Below, piece by piece: positions 1 to 6,802 of a DNA stretch of 13,854 bases. Each line of letters begins with the position of its first letter. The stretch's first letter is position 1. A model generated the notes under the pieces. That model searched no databases and was not told the origin of the DNA. It saw only the letters and a list, made by a program, of their open reading frames with translations. The translations under genes and the position numbers were made by a program. Origin of the DNA: a virus (Duplodnaviria > Heunggongvirae > Uroviricota > Caudoviricetes); the IMG/VR virus record IMGVR_UViG_2585427748_000003. One strand, given 5' to 3'.

Positions 1-747
1 GACTGGCTGAAGAAAGAGATACAGCGCGTATACGATGAAAATCACAAGGTATACGGTGTGCGTAAAGTCTGGCGTCAGTTGTTACGGGAAGGTATCAGAG
101 TGGCCAGATGCACTGTGGCACGTCTCATGGCGGTTATGGGACTTGCCGGTGTTCTCCGGGGTAAAAAGGTCCGTACGACCATCAGCCGGAAAGCCGTTGC
201 CGCAGGCGACCGCGTAAACCGTCAGTTCGTGGCAGAACGACCTGACCAGCTGTGGGTGGCTGATTTTACTTACGTCAGCACATGGCAGGGCTTCGTCTAT
301 GTGGCGTTCATCATTGATGTGTTTGCCGGATACATTGTGGGGTGGCGGGTCTCATCGTCCATGGAGACGACATTCGTGCTGGATGCACTGGAGCAGGCGT
401 TATGGGCCCGTCGACCGTCCGGCACGGTCCATCACAGTGATAAAGGTTCTCAGTATGTATCGCTGGCCTACACACAGCGGCTTAAGGAAGCCGGATTACT
501 GGCATCAACAGGAAGTACAGGCGACTCGTATGACAACGCGATGGCGGAGAGCATCAATGGTCTTTACAAAGCGGAGGTAATACACCGTAAGAGCTGGAAA
601 AACCGTGCAGAAGTGGAACTGGCCACACTCACGTGGGTGGACTGGTATAACAATCGACGATTGCTGGAAAGGCTGGGCCATACTCCTCCGGCAGAAGCAG
701 AAAAAGCTTATTATGCTTCCATCGGAAACGATGATCTGGCAGCCTGA
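1..747 (+). CDS. IS3-family transposase OrfB (DDE integrase core), 5'-partial at window edge
   Basis: Frame 1 translates from base 1 as DWLKKEIQRVYDENHKVYGVRKVWRQLLREG... (the track's ORF 58-747 is the same frame from an internal GTG). DDE-type signatures are present: WVADFTYV, HHSDKGSQY, ESINGLYKAE. Confidence 0.85.
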   Translation, partial: DWLKKEIQRVYDENHKVYGVRKVWRQLLREGIRVARCTVARLMAVMGLAGVLRGKKVRTTISRKAVAAGDRVNRQFVAERPDQLWVADFTYVSTWQGFVYVAFIIDVFAGYIVGWRVSSSMETTFVLDALEQALWARRPSGTVHHSDKGSQYVSLAYTQRLKEAGLLASTGSTGDSYDNAMAESINGLYKAEVIHRKSWKNRAEVELATLTWVDWYNNRRLLERLGHTPPAEAEKAYYASIGNDDLAA

Positions 748-789
748 GTTCACAGATAAAACACTCTCCAGGAAACCCGGGGCGGTTCA
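1..789 (+). mobile_element. 3' portion of an IS3-family insertion sequence (IS629-like), including the right terminal inverted repeat; continues left of the window
   Basis: Transposase OrfB frame is open from base 1 to TGA at 745-747 and is followed by about 42 bp ending ...CCAGGAAACCCGGGGCGGTTCA at 789. The reverse complement TGAACCGCCCCGGG... matches the terminal repeat I remember for IS629/IS3-group elements. IS629 assignment is from memory; the end position is +/- a few bp. Confidence 0.7.
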
Positions 790-1333
790 CTTCCGGTAGC
801 GCGTCCGCCACCTGATTGCGGACCGCCCACCAGGATAATTCAGCCAGCGATAATTCCCGTTCCTGCGAGCCATTCATTGCATGGCGTATGACGTCAATCA
901 TCCATGCAGACAGGTTTTGGTGAGCAAGTTGCCCGAGTGATTCGGAGGTCTGGTCGCGCAGCTGGTTGTCGCAGTGCCAGCACAACACCATTGCGCCGGT
1001 ACCATAACGGTGAATGACGGTTTCACTGTGGTGATAATCGCCGTGTGGCCACTGGCAGGATTTAACATGGCGCAGTAACCAGTCAGACAATGCGCCAGCG
1101 CCACCAGCAGCACGAATCACTCGTTCGTCGCTGAAAAATGGCAGTAATGATTTATCCTCCGCCAGCGGCTGGCGAACGGCAGGAACGACCCCGGACGACA
1201 GATTACGCATGCTTTTCGGTTCCGGCTCCACCAGTACCCGGGTATTGTGGAATACCGGCATGGATTCACGGCCCGGCTTAACGATCACCAGCCCGAGTTC
1301 CGGTACCAGAACAGGTCGAAGTAATACCCGCAC
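790..1333 (-). pseudogene. Hypothetical phage protein, 3' end interrupted by the IS insertion (native coding part only)
   Basis: Minus-strand ORF from GTG at 1333 with GGAGG just upstream; protein-like composition (..CQWPHGDYHHSETVIHRYG..LCWHCD..). The frame runs uninterrupted across the predicted IS end at 789 into IS sequence, so the native C-terminus is missing. Family not recognised. Confidence 0.45.
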
Positions 1334-1334
1334 G

Positions 1335-1613
1335 TTACCTCCAGATGCGTTGCTGGAATGTGCGGGACGGACGCGGTGGGCGTTCAGAGTAAGGAAGCCT
1401 GACGGAGATTATCCAGTGACGATAATCGAGGCTGAGGGCTTTCTTAATCTCGTATCCGTGTCTGCGGTAGCACTGAATTAGCCATTCAGCTTGTTCTTCA
1501 GTACATGGGGGATGCTGGTACCAATCAGATTTGAATGTGCGGGAACGCCGCCCGTGCCTGCTGGCAAAGACAGCTGAATTATCAGAATTGTGTGATTTGG
1601 TATTGTGCGCCAT
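1335..1613 (-). CDS. Hypothetical protein (possibly the frameshifted 5' part of the downstream disrupted gene)
   Basis: Minus-strand ORF; the longest version (start 1694) would begin inside the terminator hairpin, so the internal ATG at 1613 is preferred. Weak SD; arginine/proline-rich C-terminal tail looks like out-of-frame translation. Confidence 0.3.
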   Translation of the reverse strand: MAHNTKSHNSDNSAVFASRHGRRSRTFKSDWYQHPPCTEEQAEWLIQCYRRHGYEIKKALSLDYRHWIISVRLPYSERPPRPSRTFQQRIWR

Positions 1614-1692
1614 CGTCTTTCTCTGCTGGCGCAGCAGGTGCCAGTTGTTCAGGCTGACGTGCGAATTGTAAACCTGAATGCCAAGAAAAAAC

Positions 1693-1714
1693 AAAACCCG
1701 CCGAAGCGGGTTTT
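1693..1714. terminator. Intrinsic terminator hairpin (CCCGC-CGAA-GCGGG) with T-runs on both strands; bidirectional
   Basis: AAAACCCGCCGAAGCGGGTTTTGTC on plus; minus strand reads hairpin + TTTTGTTTTTTCTTGG. Copy 1 of a 23-bp exact repeat (1690-1712). Confidence 0.6.
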
Positions 1715-2021
1715 GTCAGTACTGAATATCAAGCTGCGTGCTTGCCACTACAACTGCAAAGTGGGATCGGGAAAGGCTTCCCTTTTTTCGCGTGGCGCAT
1801 TACACCATCTACACACACAGAGTAGCGAAAAATGATCTCACATGGACAGCCACATTTGCGACAGGTACCCATTGCCATGATTTCGTTTTCCCTGCTCACC
1901 TGTGAATCCACACAGGTTGCACTTTGTTGGGAGAACCACTACACTTCGCTTGTCTACAAAAAGTGTTGTGATTGGATTATCTCCATACACTACGGAATGT
2001 GTTAGCGCACTTTCCGTCCCT

Positions 2022-2047
2022 AAAAGCCCTGTTAGCGCAGGGCTTTT
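2022..2047 (-). terminator. Hairpin overlapping the stop codon of the ImmA-like gene (AAAAGCCCTG-ttagcg-CAGGGCTTTT); putative terminator
   Basis: 10-bp stem including A/T pairs, 6-nt loop, short T-run on both strands. Confidence 0.45.
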
Positions 2048-2522
2048 ACATATAAAAATCGAACGACATCTGTTGTGTTCTCACGCCAATTGTTTCCAGT
2101 ACGATATCCGCAAATGTATCTGCCTGCCATTCTGCATCCTCAATACGAGTAGGTTCTTTAACTGAAAAGTGTAAAACTGCTTTGTGTCCAAGAAGCAAAT
2201 GACCTAGCTCGTGGAAGATAACAGCAAGTGCATGCTCTTCCCCAAGGCAAGCATTCACATATATTTTATTGGGAACCGTAATTGTTAGAGAAGCGGGGTC
2301 ACAATGTCCGATAGTTAGATCATACGTCAGAGCCTCCCACTCTTTGTCGGTCCTGACGTCAAGAGTAACCCCATAAATTGACAGGCTTTCAAAGAACATA
2401 TCATAACGCTTTCTTTTGCGCTTTGAGGCTGTAAGACCAATAGCATTACAGAAGTTTATAGCTCTGTAGGCTATTTCTTCTTCTTGCATCGGTGACACCC
2501 TGTTACCTCTCATTTGATACAT
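2046..2522 (-). CDS. ImmA/IrrE-family (COG2856-like) zinc metallopeptidase
   Basis: 158-aa ORF with HEXXH motif (HELGHLLLGH); start ATG lies 2 nt after the stop of the upstream XRE gene, with GAGGGG SD inside that gene's 3' end (translational coupling). Confidence 0.8.
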   Translation of the reverse strand: MYQMRGNRVSPMQEEEIAYRAINFCNAIGLTASKRKRKRYDMFFESLSIYGVTLDVRTDKEWEALTYDLTIGHCDPASLTITVPNKIYVNACLGEEHALAVIFHELGHLLLGHKAVLHFSVKEPTRIEDAEWQADTFADIVLETIGVRTQQMSFDFYM

Positions 2523-2524
2523 AA

Positions 2525-2884
2525 TTACCCCTCATTGTTATTAATCTTTTGCAATAAATCTGCAAAACTCTTTAGCTGTTCCGGCGTAAACTGCGACTTA
2601 GCGAATCCCGCTACAAGCATTTTCTGTTGCTGAGACAAACCGTTTACTGGAACTGAGTCATTCGCAACTGCCGCTAGCTCCTGTAACCCTTCAATTTCTA
2701 CACCTTTGGCCTTGAAGTAAGAATCAATCTTCTTAACCCACTTCAGAGGTATTTTTTTGCTACCAGTTTCTAAACCGCTAAGAAACGCTGGCGTAGTGCC
2801 CAGTTCTTGAGACATAGTCAGAAGAGTACTGTCAGTATCGATCCTCGCTTTTCTAACGGCCTTACCGAATTCAGTGAGTGCCAT
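2525..2884 (-). CDS. XRE-family helix-turn-helix transcriptional regulator (ImmR-like partner)
   Basis: 119-aa ORF; N-terminal region fits the Cro/C1-type HTH pattern (..STLLTMSQELGTTPAFLSGLETG..). GAGGA SD 8 nt upstream of the ATG at 2884. Confidence 0.8.
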   Translation of the reverse strand: MALTEFGKAVRKARIDTDSTLLTMSQELGTTPAFLSGLETGSKKIPLKWVKKIDSYFKAKGVEIEGLQELAAVANDSVPVNGLSQQQKMLVAGFAKSQFTPEQLKSFADLLQKINNNEG

Positions 2885-3029
2885 GATTTTATCCTCAATT
2901 TGTTGATTTAGCAGACTTGCCTAACGCAAGCCTGATGGGCGCTTAAATTCTAATTCCTAAAATTTACCATATACGAAAGCAAAGTAAACCTTTTTAGTTA
3001 AAAAAATCTCCTTTAAGGGAATTTTTTTC

Positions 3030-3060
3030 ACAAAAAGAACAAAACCCGCCGAAGCGGGTT
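3030..3060 (-). terminator. Intrinsic terminator for leftward (minus-strand) transcription from the small-gene/hok operon
   Basis: Minus strand reads AACCCGC-TTCG-GCGGGTT followed by TTTTGTTCTTTTTGTG. Copy 2 of the 23-bp exact repeat (3038-3060). Confidence 0.6.
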
Positions 3061-3128
3061 AAGTGCGGGTGCGTTGAGGATGCCTGACACATCAGAGGTG
3101 GCGAGGGATTTCTCCCCCGCCAGGTCTC

Positions 3129-3284
3129 TTACTCCTCAGGTTCGTAAGCTGTGAAGACAGCGACCTCCGTCTGGCCGGTTCGGATTCGTACCTCGCAGAG
3201 GTCTTTCCTCGTTACCAGTGCCGTCACAATGACGGTTAAACAGATGACGATCAGGGCGATTAGCATCGCCTTTTGCTGCTTCAT
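3129..3284 (-). CDS. hok: Hok/Gef-family type I toxin (small membrane peptide, 51 aa)
   Basis: Translation MKQQKAMLIALIVICLTVIVTALVTRKDLCEVRIRTGQTEVAVFTAYEPEE has the Hok/Gef hallmark (hydrophobic helix followed by conserved ..RKxLCEVxIRxGxxEVAxFxAYE..). AAGGAG SD 9 nt upstream. An in-frame upstream ATG at 3341 gives the track's 70-aa frame; whether that is a mok-like reading frame I cannot tell. Confidence 0.8.
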   Translation of the reverse strand: MKQQKAMLIALIVICLTVIVTALVTRKDLCEVRIRTGQTEVAVFTAYEPEE

Positions 3285-3329
3285 AGCCTGCTTCTCCTTG
3301 CCTTTCGGCACGTAAGAGGCTAACCTACG

Positions 3330-3400
3330 TGTGTAGAGCATAGATATGGCCTCAGATTAATGTTAAGCGTCTTGCCGGACGCGTAATGTTAACTGGGGCT
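3330..3400 (+). ncRNA. sok: Predicted Sok-like antisense RNA opposite the hok leader/upstream start region (approximate)
   Basis: By analogy with hok/sok loci only. Candidate plus-strand promoter TTGCCT (3298-3303), 17-bp spacer, TAACCT (3321-3326). No clear terminator found; boundaries are guesses. Confidence 0.2.
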
Positions 3401-3575
3401 TTTCTCTATCTGCCTTTTGGTGTTCATGCCTGAGACAGATAGCCTCAAGCACCCGCTGCAATTCTACTTAACTCTCCTTTTCCCGCAAACCGTTTTTATC
3501 CCCAGCGGCAAATCGAATACACCACCAGCGCCACCGCCATCGCAATTCCTACCGTTGTTAATGCTTCAGGCCAGG

Positions 3576-3920
3576 TCATCGTAAAATATCCTCCACGCTT
3601 ATCAGTCCGTTCCGCTCCAGATAACTCATCGCCTTATCCGGTAATTTGCAGTCTGGCTTCGCTTTCCTCAGTTGCCAGGTTAACTGCTTTACCAGCATGG
3701 TTAACTCATCGACCAGACGCTGATATCCCACTGGTTTGTATTCATGCAATTTACCGGCTGGCTCTGCTGCCAGCGATACCAGTGCGATTTCCAGAACAGC
3801 AATATCCATCTTATATGTGCGGATGATGTCATGGTCGATTGTGCCCGGTATGCACAGTCTCTGTGCTTCAATAGTCTCCTCTGCGTGAGCTATTAACTGC
3901 TCTCTGGTAAAAGTCGTCAT
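3576..3920 (-). CDS. Hypothetical small phage protein (114 aa)
   Basis: ORF with AAGGGG SD; its ATG overlaps the stop of the upstream 55-aa ORF (ATGA). N-terminus [15 protein letters not shown].. resembles that of the 55-aa ORF. Confidence 0.6.
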   Translation of the reverse strand: MTTFTREQLIAHAEETIEAQRLCIPGTIDHDIIRTYKMDIAVLEIALVSLAAEPAGKLHEYKPVGYQRLVDELTMLVKQLTWQLRKAKPDCKLPDKAMSYLERNGLISVEDILR

Positions 3921-4084
3921 GCCGTAGCCCCTTCTTGATATTTTTCAAACCAGAACACAACCGGCTCTGCTTCCAGCGATGCCAGCGCAATCCGTGCCAG
4001 TTCCATTTGTTCACCACGGGTAAGCCCGTTTTCAAGCGGGTTTTTAATGAACAATTCAATACGTTCTTTGGTAATAGTGGTCAT
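3917..4084 (-). CDS. Hypothetical small protein (55 aa), below the ORF-track length cutoff; short paralog of the N-terminal part of the 114-aa protein
   Basis: Hand translation [55 protein letters not shown]; strong AAGGAG SD 7 nt upstream of the ATG at 4084; stop overlaps the next start (ATGA). Confidence 0.6.
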   Translation of the reverse strand: MTTITKERIELFIKNPLENGLTRGEQMELARIALASLEAEPVVFWFEKYQEGATA

Positions 4085-4094
4085 GTGTTACTCC

Positions 4095-4358
4095 TTAACC
4101 CGCAGTGCTTTCAACTGATGAGGGGAACAAAATCTTTTCATCAAACCCTGCATTCATATCATGAACAGCAACACACCAATCCATCGACGAACGATTATCA
4201 AGAGCCTCCATGATTTCATCCATGCGGCGTAGGTCATACAGGTAAATGCTTTTATCGCCAATGGTGTAAAAGCCAATTTTTTTCGGTGATGGACAGCGAT
4301 CAAGAACTTCCTGTAATTCGTTCAACCATGCCCGTTCTTTTTTTGTCAAAGTTGCCAT
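4095..4358 (-). CDS. Hypothetical small protein (87 aa)
   Basis: Internal ATG at 4358 (MATLTKKERAWLNELQ..) preferred over the track's longer frame because an AAGGA SD sits 9 nt upstream and it abuts the stop of the upstream gene. Confidence 0.55.
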   Translation of the reverse strand: MATLTKKERAWLNELQEVLDRCPSPKKIGFYTIGDKSIYLYDLRRMDEIMEALDNRSSMDWCVAVHDMNAGFDEKILFPSSVESTAG

Positions 4359-4359
4359 A

Positions 4360-4578
4360 TCAGTTTTCCTTATACGGATTAATTTTATTGTGCAGTGTGT
4401 TGAACGACGCCCATACAACGTCGGTATACAATTCAGTAACTGGCTCAATTATTTTCCCGATTGCCCAGACAAAAATTAGAGGGGATATCGGTATCATCAA
4501 TACGATAAACAGAATGAGAAACAAAAATTCTGTCGCTCTACTTTTTTGCGGATATTCTTTTCTGAATAATGTAGTCAT
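4360..4578 (-). CDS. Small membrane protein (72 aa, one predicted transmembrane helix)
   Basis: Hydrophobic stretch FLFLILFIVLMIPISPLIFVWAIG; preceded by a GGGAGG - hairpin - AUG arrangement. Confidence 0.55.
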   Translation of the reverse strand: MTTLFRKEYPQKSRATEFLFLILFIVLMIPISPLIFVWAIGKIIEPVTELYTDVVWASFNTLHNKINPYKEN

Positions 4579-4610
4579 TTCTTACCGCCCTTTCGGGCGG
4601 CCTCCCGACA

Positions 4611-4823
4611 TTAATCGTTGTGGTAACTCATGGCTTCATTTGCAGCATCAACCGGATCAACTTCCCACCAGCAATAATTTGGTGCGTTTCCTTCAGGTGT
4701 CCACGGTTCTAATTCATTTTTTGCCACATTCTCGTCGCCAGTAATTTTAAAAATCTGTTCAGAGAATTTTTTCACCCACTCGTTATATTTTTCAGTGTTA
4801 ATAATTTTCTGTGTATTTGACAT
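4611..4823 (-). CDS. Hypothetical small protein (70 aa)
   Basis: Strong GGAGGT SD 7 nt upstream of the ATG at 4823; protein-like composition. Confidence 0.65.
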   Translation of the reverse strand: MSNTQKIINTEKYNEWVKKFSEQIFKITGDENVAKNELEPWTPEGNAPNYCWWEVDPVDAANEAMSYHND

Positions 4824-4928
4824 AGATATACCTCCAGTTAAGGATTAAATTTTATTTACAGTGCTGAACTTAATTATTCAGATTTGGATTATGCTTTCTC
4901 TTCACGAAGTTCCGATTGTTAATTTGGC

Positions 4929-5351
4929 TCACAACAGCACCTTCTGAAAATTACCCTGATAAAACGACAATATGCGCTGCATAACTTCGCTCTTCCGGCA
5001 CTCGCGACAGATTATGTTCTGACGCCTGTCGTAGCGACGTATTTCTCCGTCAGGTAATGACCAGATAAGGTCCGGATCAACCGCAGATGGTTTCTTCAGC
5101 TTTGCCCTTGAGAGCTTTTTACGGGCATTTTGCCAGTCCTTACGCGCCTGTTCAGACGGGAATAACCCGTAACCAGAGTTGTATACATCGCCACTGGCAA
5201 CCAGCTCTCTGGCCAGAACGCTCATCAGATATCTTGTTGCCCCAGTTTTAGTTTCCAGTTGTCGTAACGTCTCGCGCCCACTCTGGCGTACGAGTTCAAC
5301 AACCTGCCCTTTAATTTTTTCCCGCTCTTCTTGTGTAAAAACTTTTGCCAC
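4929..5351 (-). CDS. Hypothetical protein (140 aa), possibly DNA-binding
   Basis: GTG start with AGGAGGG SD 4 nt upstream; basic protein with a helix-turn-helix-like stretch. Family not recognised. Confidence 0.55.
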   Translation of the reverse strand: MAKVFTQEEREKIKGQVVELVRQSGRETLRQLETKTGATRYLMSVLARELVASGDVYNSGYGLFPSEQARKDWQNARKKLSRAKLKKPSAVDPDLIWSLPDGEIRRYDRRQNIICRECRKSEVMQRILSFYQGNFQKVLL

Positions 5352-5391
5352 AAGCCCTCCTGAAAATTACCTCATGACCAGAAATTAACAC

Positions 5392-6354
5392 TTACCCCCT
5401 GAAGCCCGGCGGAATTTCAGTGTCCGGTTCAGAAATGTGATTCACGCAACGCTGCGCAGGCGAACGCCCCAGGCGGATAACCAGTTCATCCCATTTTTCC
5501 CGGAGTTTTGCCGGACTCATGATGTTTTTTACCCAGAACGAATCCCGCTGGAGACGCCCAAACATTTCACAAATTTGTCTGTGAGTTCTGCCATCCAGCA
5601 TCCGCATTGTGCGAACGTCATTGGCCCATGCTGTCCAGTTGGGTTCTTTCGGTCTAGTGATCTCGCCATCATCGCTGGCCGCCTGCTCGTAAAGACTCAC
5701 GATTCGTCCCCAGATCCACTGTGCGCACACCAAATCTTCCTGACTTCCCCACTGGCGTTTTTTCGCACTGAACACAACCGCGTCAGGGTGTCGGGTTAAA
5801 AAATCCTGTTCAGCCGTCTGCGGGTCCGGTTGCGAAGCGTCCGGACAAGAAGATCTTTTATCTGACGGATCAGGTTTTAATACTGACGGATCGGGGTTAA
5901 TCATCGCCCCCCTAATCGGCAGTTTTTTATCAACAGTTGATCCATCAAAATTTGACGGGTCAACCGTTGAGGGGTCAATATTTGACGGGTCAACTGTTAA
6001 CGGGTCATTTTTTGCCGGGCTAATTTTTCTTTTCGGTTTATATGACTCACGCGCCGCCGCCGCAGCTGCTTCGAGTTTTTCCACATTAAGCCGATAGATA
6101 TTGCTTACATTACGCCCACCGACCTTACGCTCTTCCTTCGTCAGCCAGCCCTCTTTCGCCAGTTCTGCAATAGCCGATTTCACTGTGGATTCACTTCTTG
6201 CACCGATCTGACGCCGGATAGTTTCAATGGCAGGCCATGACACGCCCTCGTCATTGCTGTAGTCTGCAAGACGGGCCATAACCGCCACCCTGGATAAGAT
6301 CATGCCGGTGAAGGCGCACCCTTCCCAGACAAGACCATGAAGCTTGCTGCTCAT
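5392..6354 (-). CDS. Putative replication initiation / replisome-organiser protein (N-terminal HTH domain, repeat linker, C-terminal domain)
   Basis: Position directly after the ydaS/ydaT-like genes in the rightward-equivalent operon; N-terminus resembles initiator-type HTH domains; linker made of pentapeptide repeats (TVDPS/NIDPS) encoded by iteron-like DNA repeats. Start placed at ATG 6354 (GGGGG SD) rather than the track's GTG at 6369. Function inferred from architecture and synteny. Confidence 0.55.
   Translation of the reverse strand: MSSKLHGLVWEGCAFTGMILSRVAVMARLADYSNDEGVSWPAIETIRRQIGARSESTVKSAIAELAKEGWLTKEERKVGGRNVSNIYRLNVEKLEAAAAAARESYKPKRKISPAKNDPLTVDPSNIDPSTVDPSNFDGSTVDKKLPIRGAMINPDPSVLKPDPSDKRSSCPDASQPDPQTAEQDFLTRHPDAVVFSAKKRQWGSQEDLVCAQWIWGRIVSLYEQAASDDGEITRPKEPNWTAWANDVRTMRMLDGRTHRQICEMFGRLQRDSFWVKNIMSPAKLREKWDELVIRLGRSPAQRCVNHISEPDTEIPPGFRG
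5953..6012. repeat. Four tandem 15-bp iteron-like repeats (TGACGGGTCAA-type, each an imperfect palindrome) inside the replication gene; two related copies at 5863-5872 and 5884-5893
   Basis: Units begin at 5953, 5968, 5983 and 5998 with exact 15-bp periodicity; an AT-rich stretch (about 5921-5952) lies immediately downstream in the gene's transcription direction. Confidence 0.55.
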
Positions 6355-6376
6355 AAAACCCCCGAACACCGTGCTT

Positions 6377-6802
6377 TTAGTGCATCACCACAGCATTCCC
6401 TGCCGGGCCGCCGCGATTCATCTGGTCATACAAAACAACCGCTGACGCAACAAAATCATCGACATCCTTCCCCAGCCGATCCCTCCGTTCGACGATCTCA
6501 CGGTAATATTCAGAACTGTGGCTGCGCATACGGGCCACCAGCAAAGGCGGCATCGCCTTTTCGATCGCCGGTAACAGAGCCTGCATTTTTTCAACAGCAT
6601 CAGGGGTGTCTTTATCCAGCCAACGGAAAATTTTCTGGGTATTACGGGCCAGGGCTTCCGGATGGCTGTCGTCGTACAGTTCAGGGAACGTCATCCCCAG
6701 TTCGAAATAAGTCCGGGCTATTTCAGCTGCAGGAACTTTCTCACCATCAGGGTATGCCCAGGCATTCATCGCCATGCGGATGTGCTCATGTTTGATTTTC
6801 AT
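6377..6802 (-). CDS. ydaT: YdaT-like protein (Rac-type prophage, toxic partner of YdaS under RacR control)
   Basis: 141-aa ORF starting MKIKHEHI..; start overlaps the 3' end of the ydaS-like gene by 17 nt; synteny with racR/ydaS. Assignment from remembered similarity to K-12 Rac, not a search. Confidence 0.65.
   Translation of the reverse strand: MKIKHEHIRMAMNAWAYPDGEKVPAAEIARTYFELGMTFPELYDDSHPEALARNTQKIFRWLDKDTPDAVEKMQALLPAIEKAMPPLLVARMRSHSSEYYREIVERRDRLGKDVDDFVASAVVLYDQMNRGGPAGNAVVMH

Noticed and set aside
35-217. 60-aa plus-strand ORF at the window start
   Set aside because: Out-of-frame overlap with the transposase OrfB coding frame; no independent support.
629-1333. 234-aa ORF extending into the IS
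   Set aside because: The part from 629 to 789 is read-through into IS sequence (antisense to the transposase gene); only 790-1333 is native coding sequence.
5953-6012. Possible CRISPR-like array
   Set aside because: The repeats are only 15 bp, directly tandem with no spacers, and lie in-frame inside a protein-coding linker; they are coding iterons, not a CRISPR array. No CRISPR array was found elsewhere.
6337-6795. 152-aa plus-strand ORF, and 6418-6600 minus-strand ORF
   Set aside because: Overlap the ydaT-like gene on the opposite strand or in another frame; proline/arginine-rich product with no SD.
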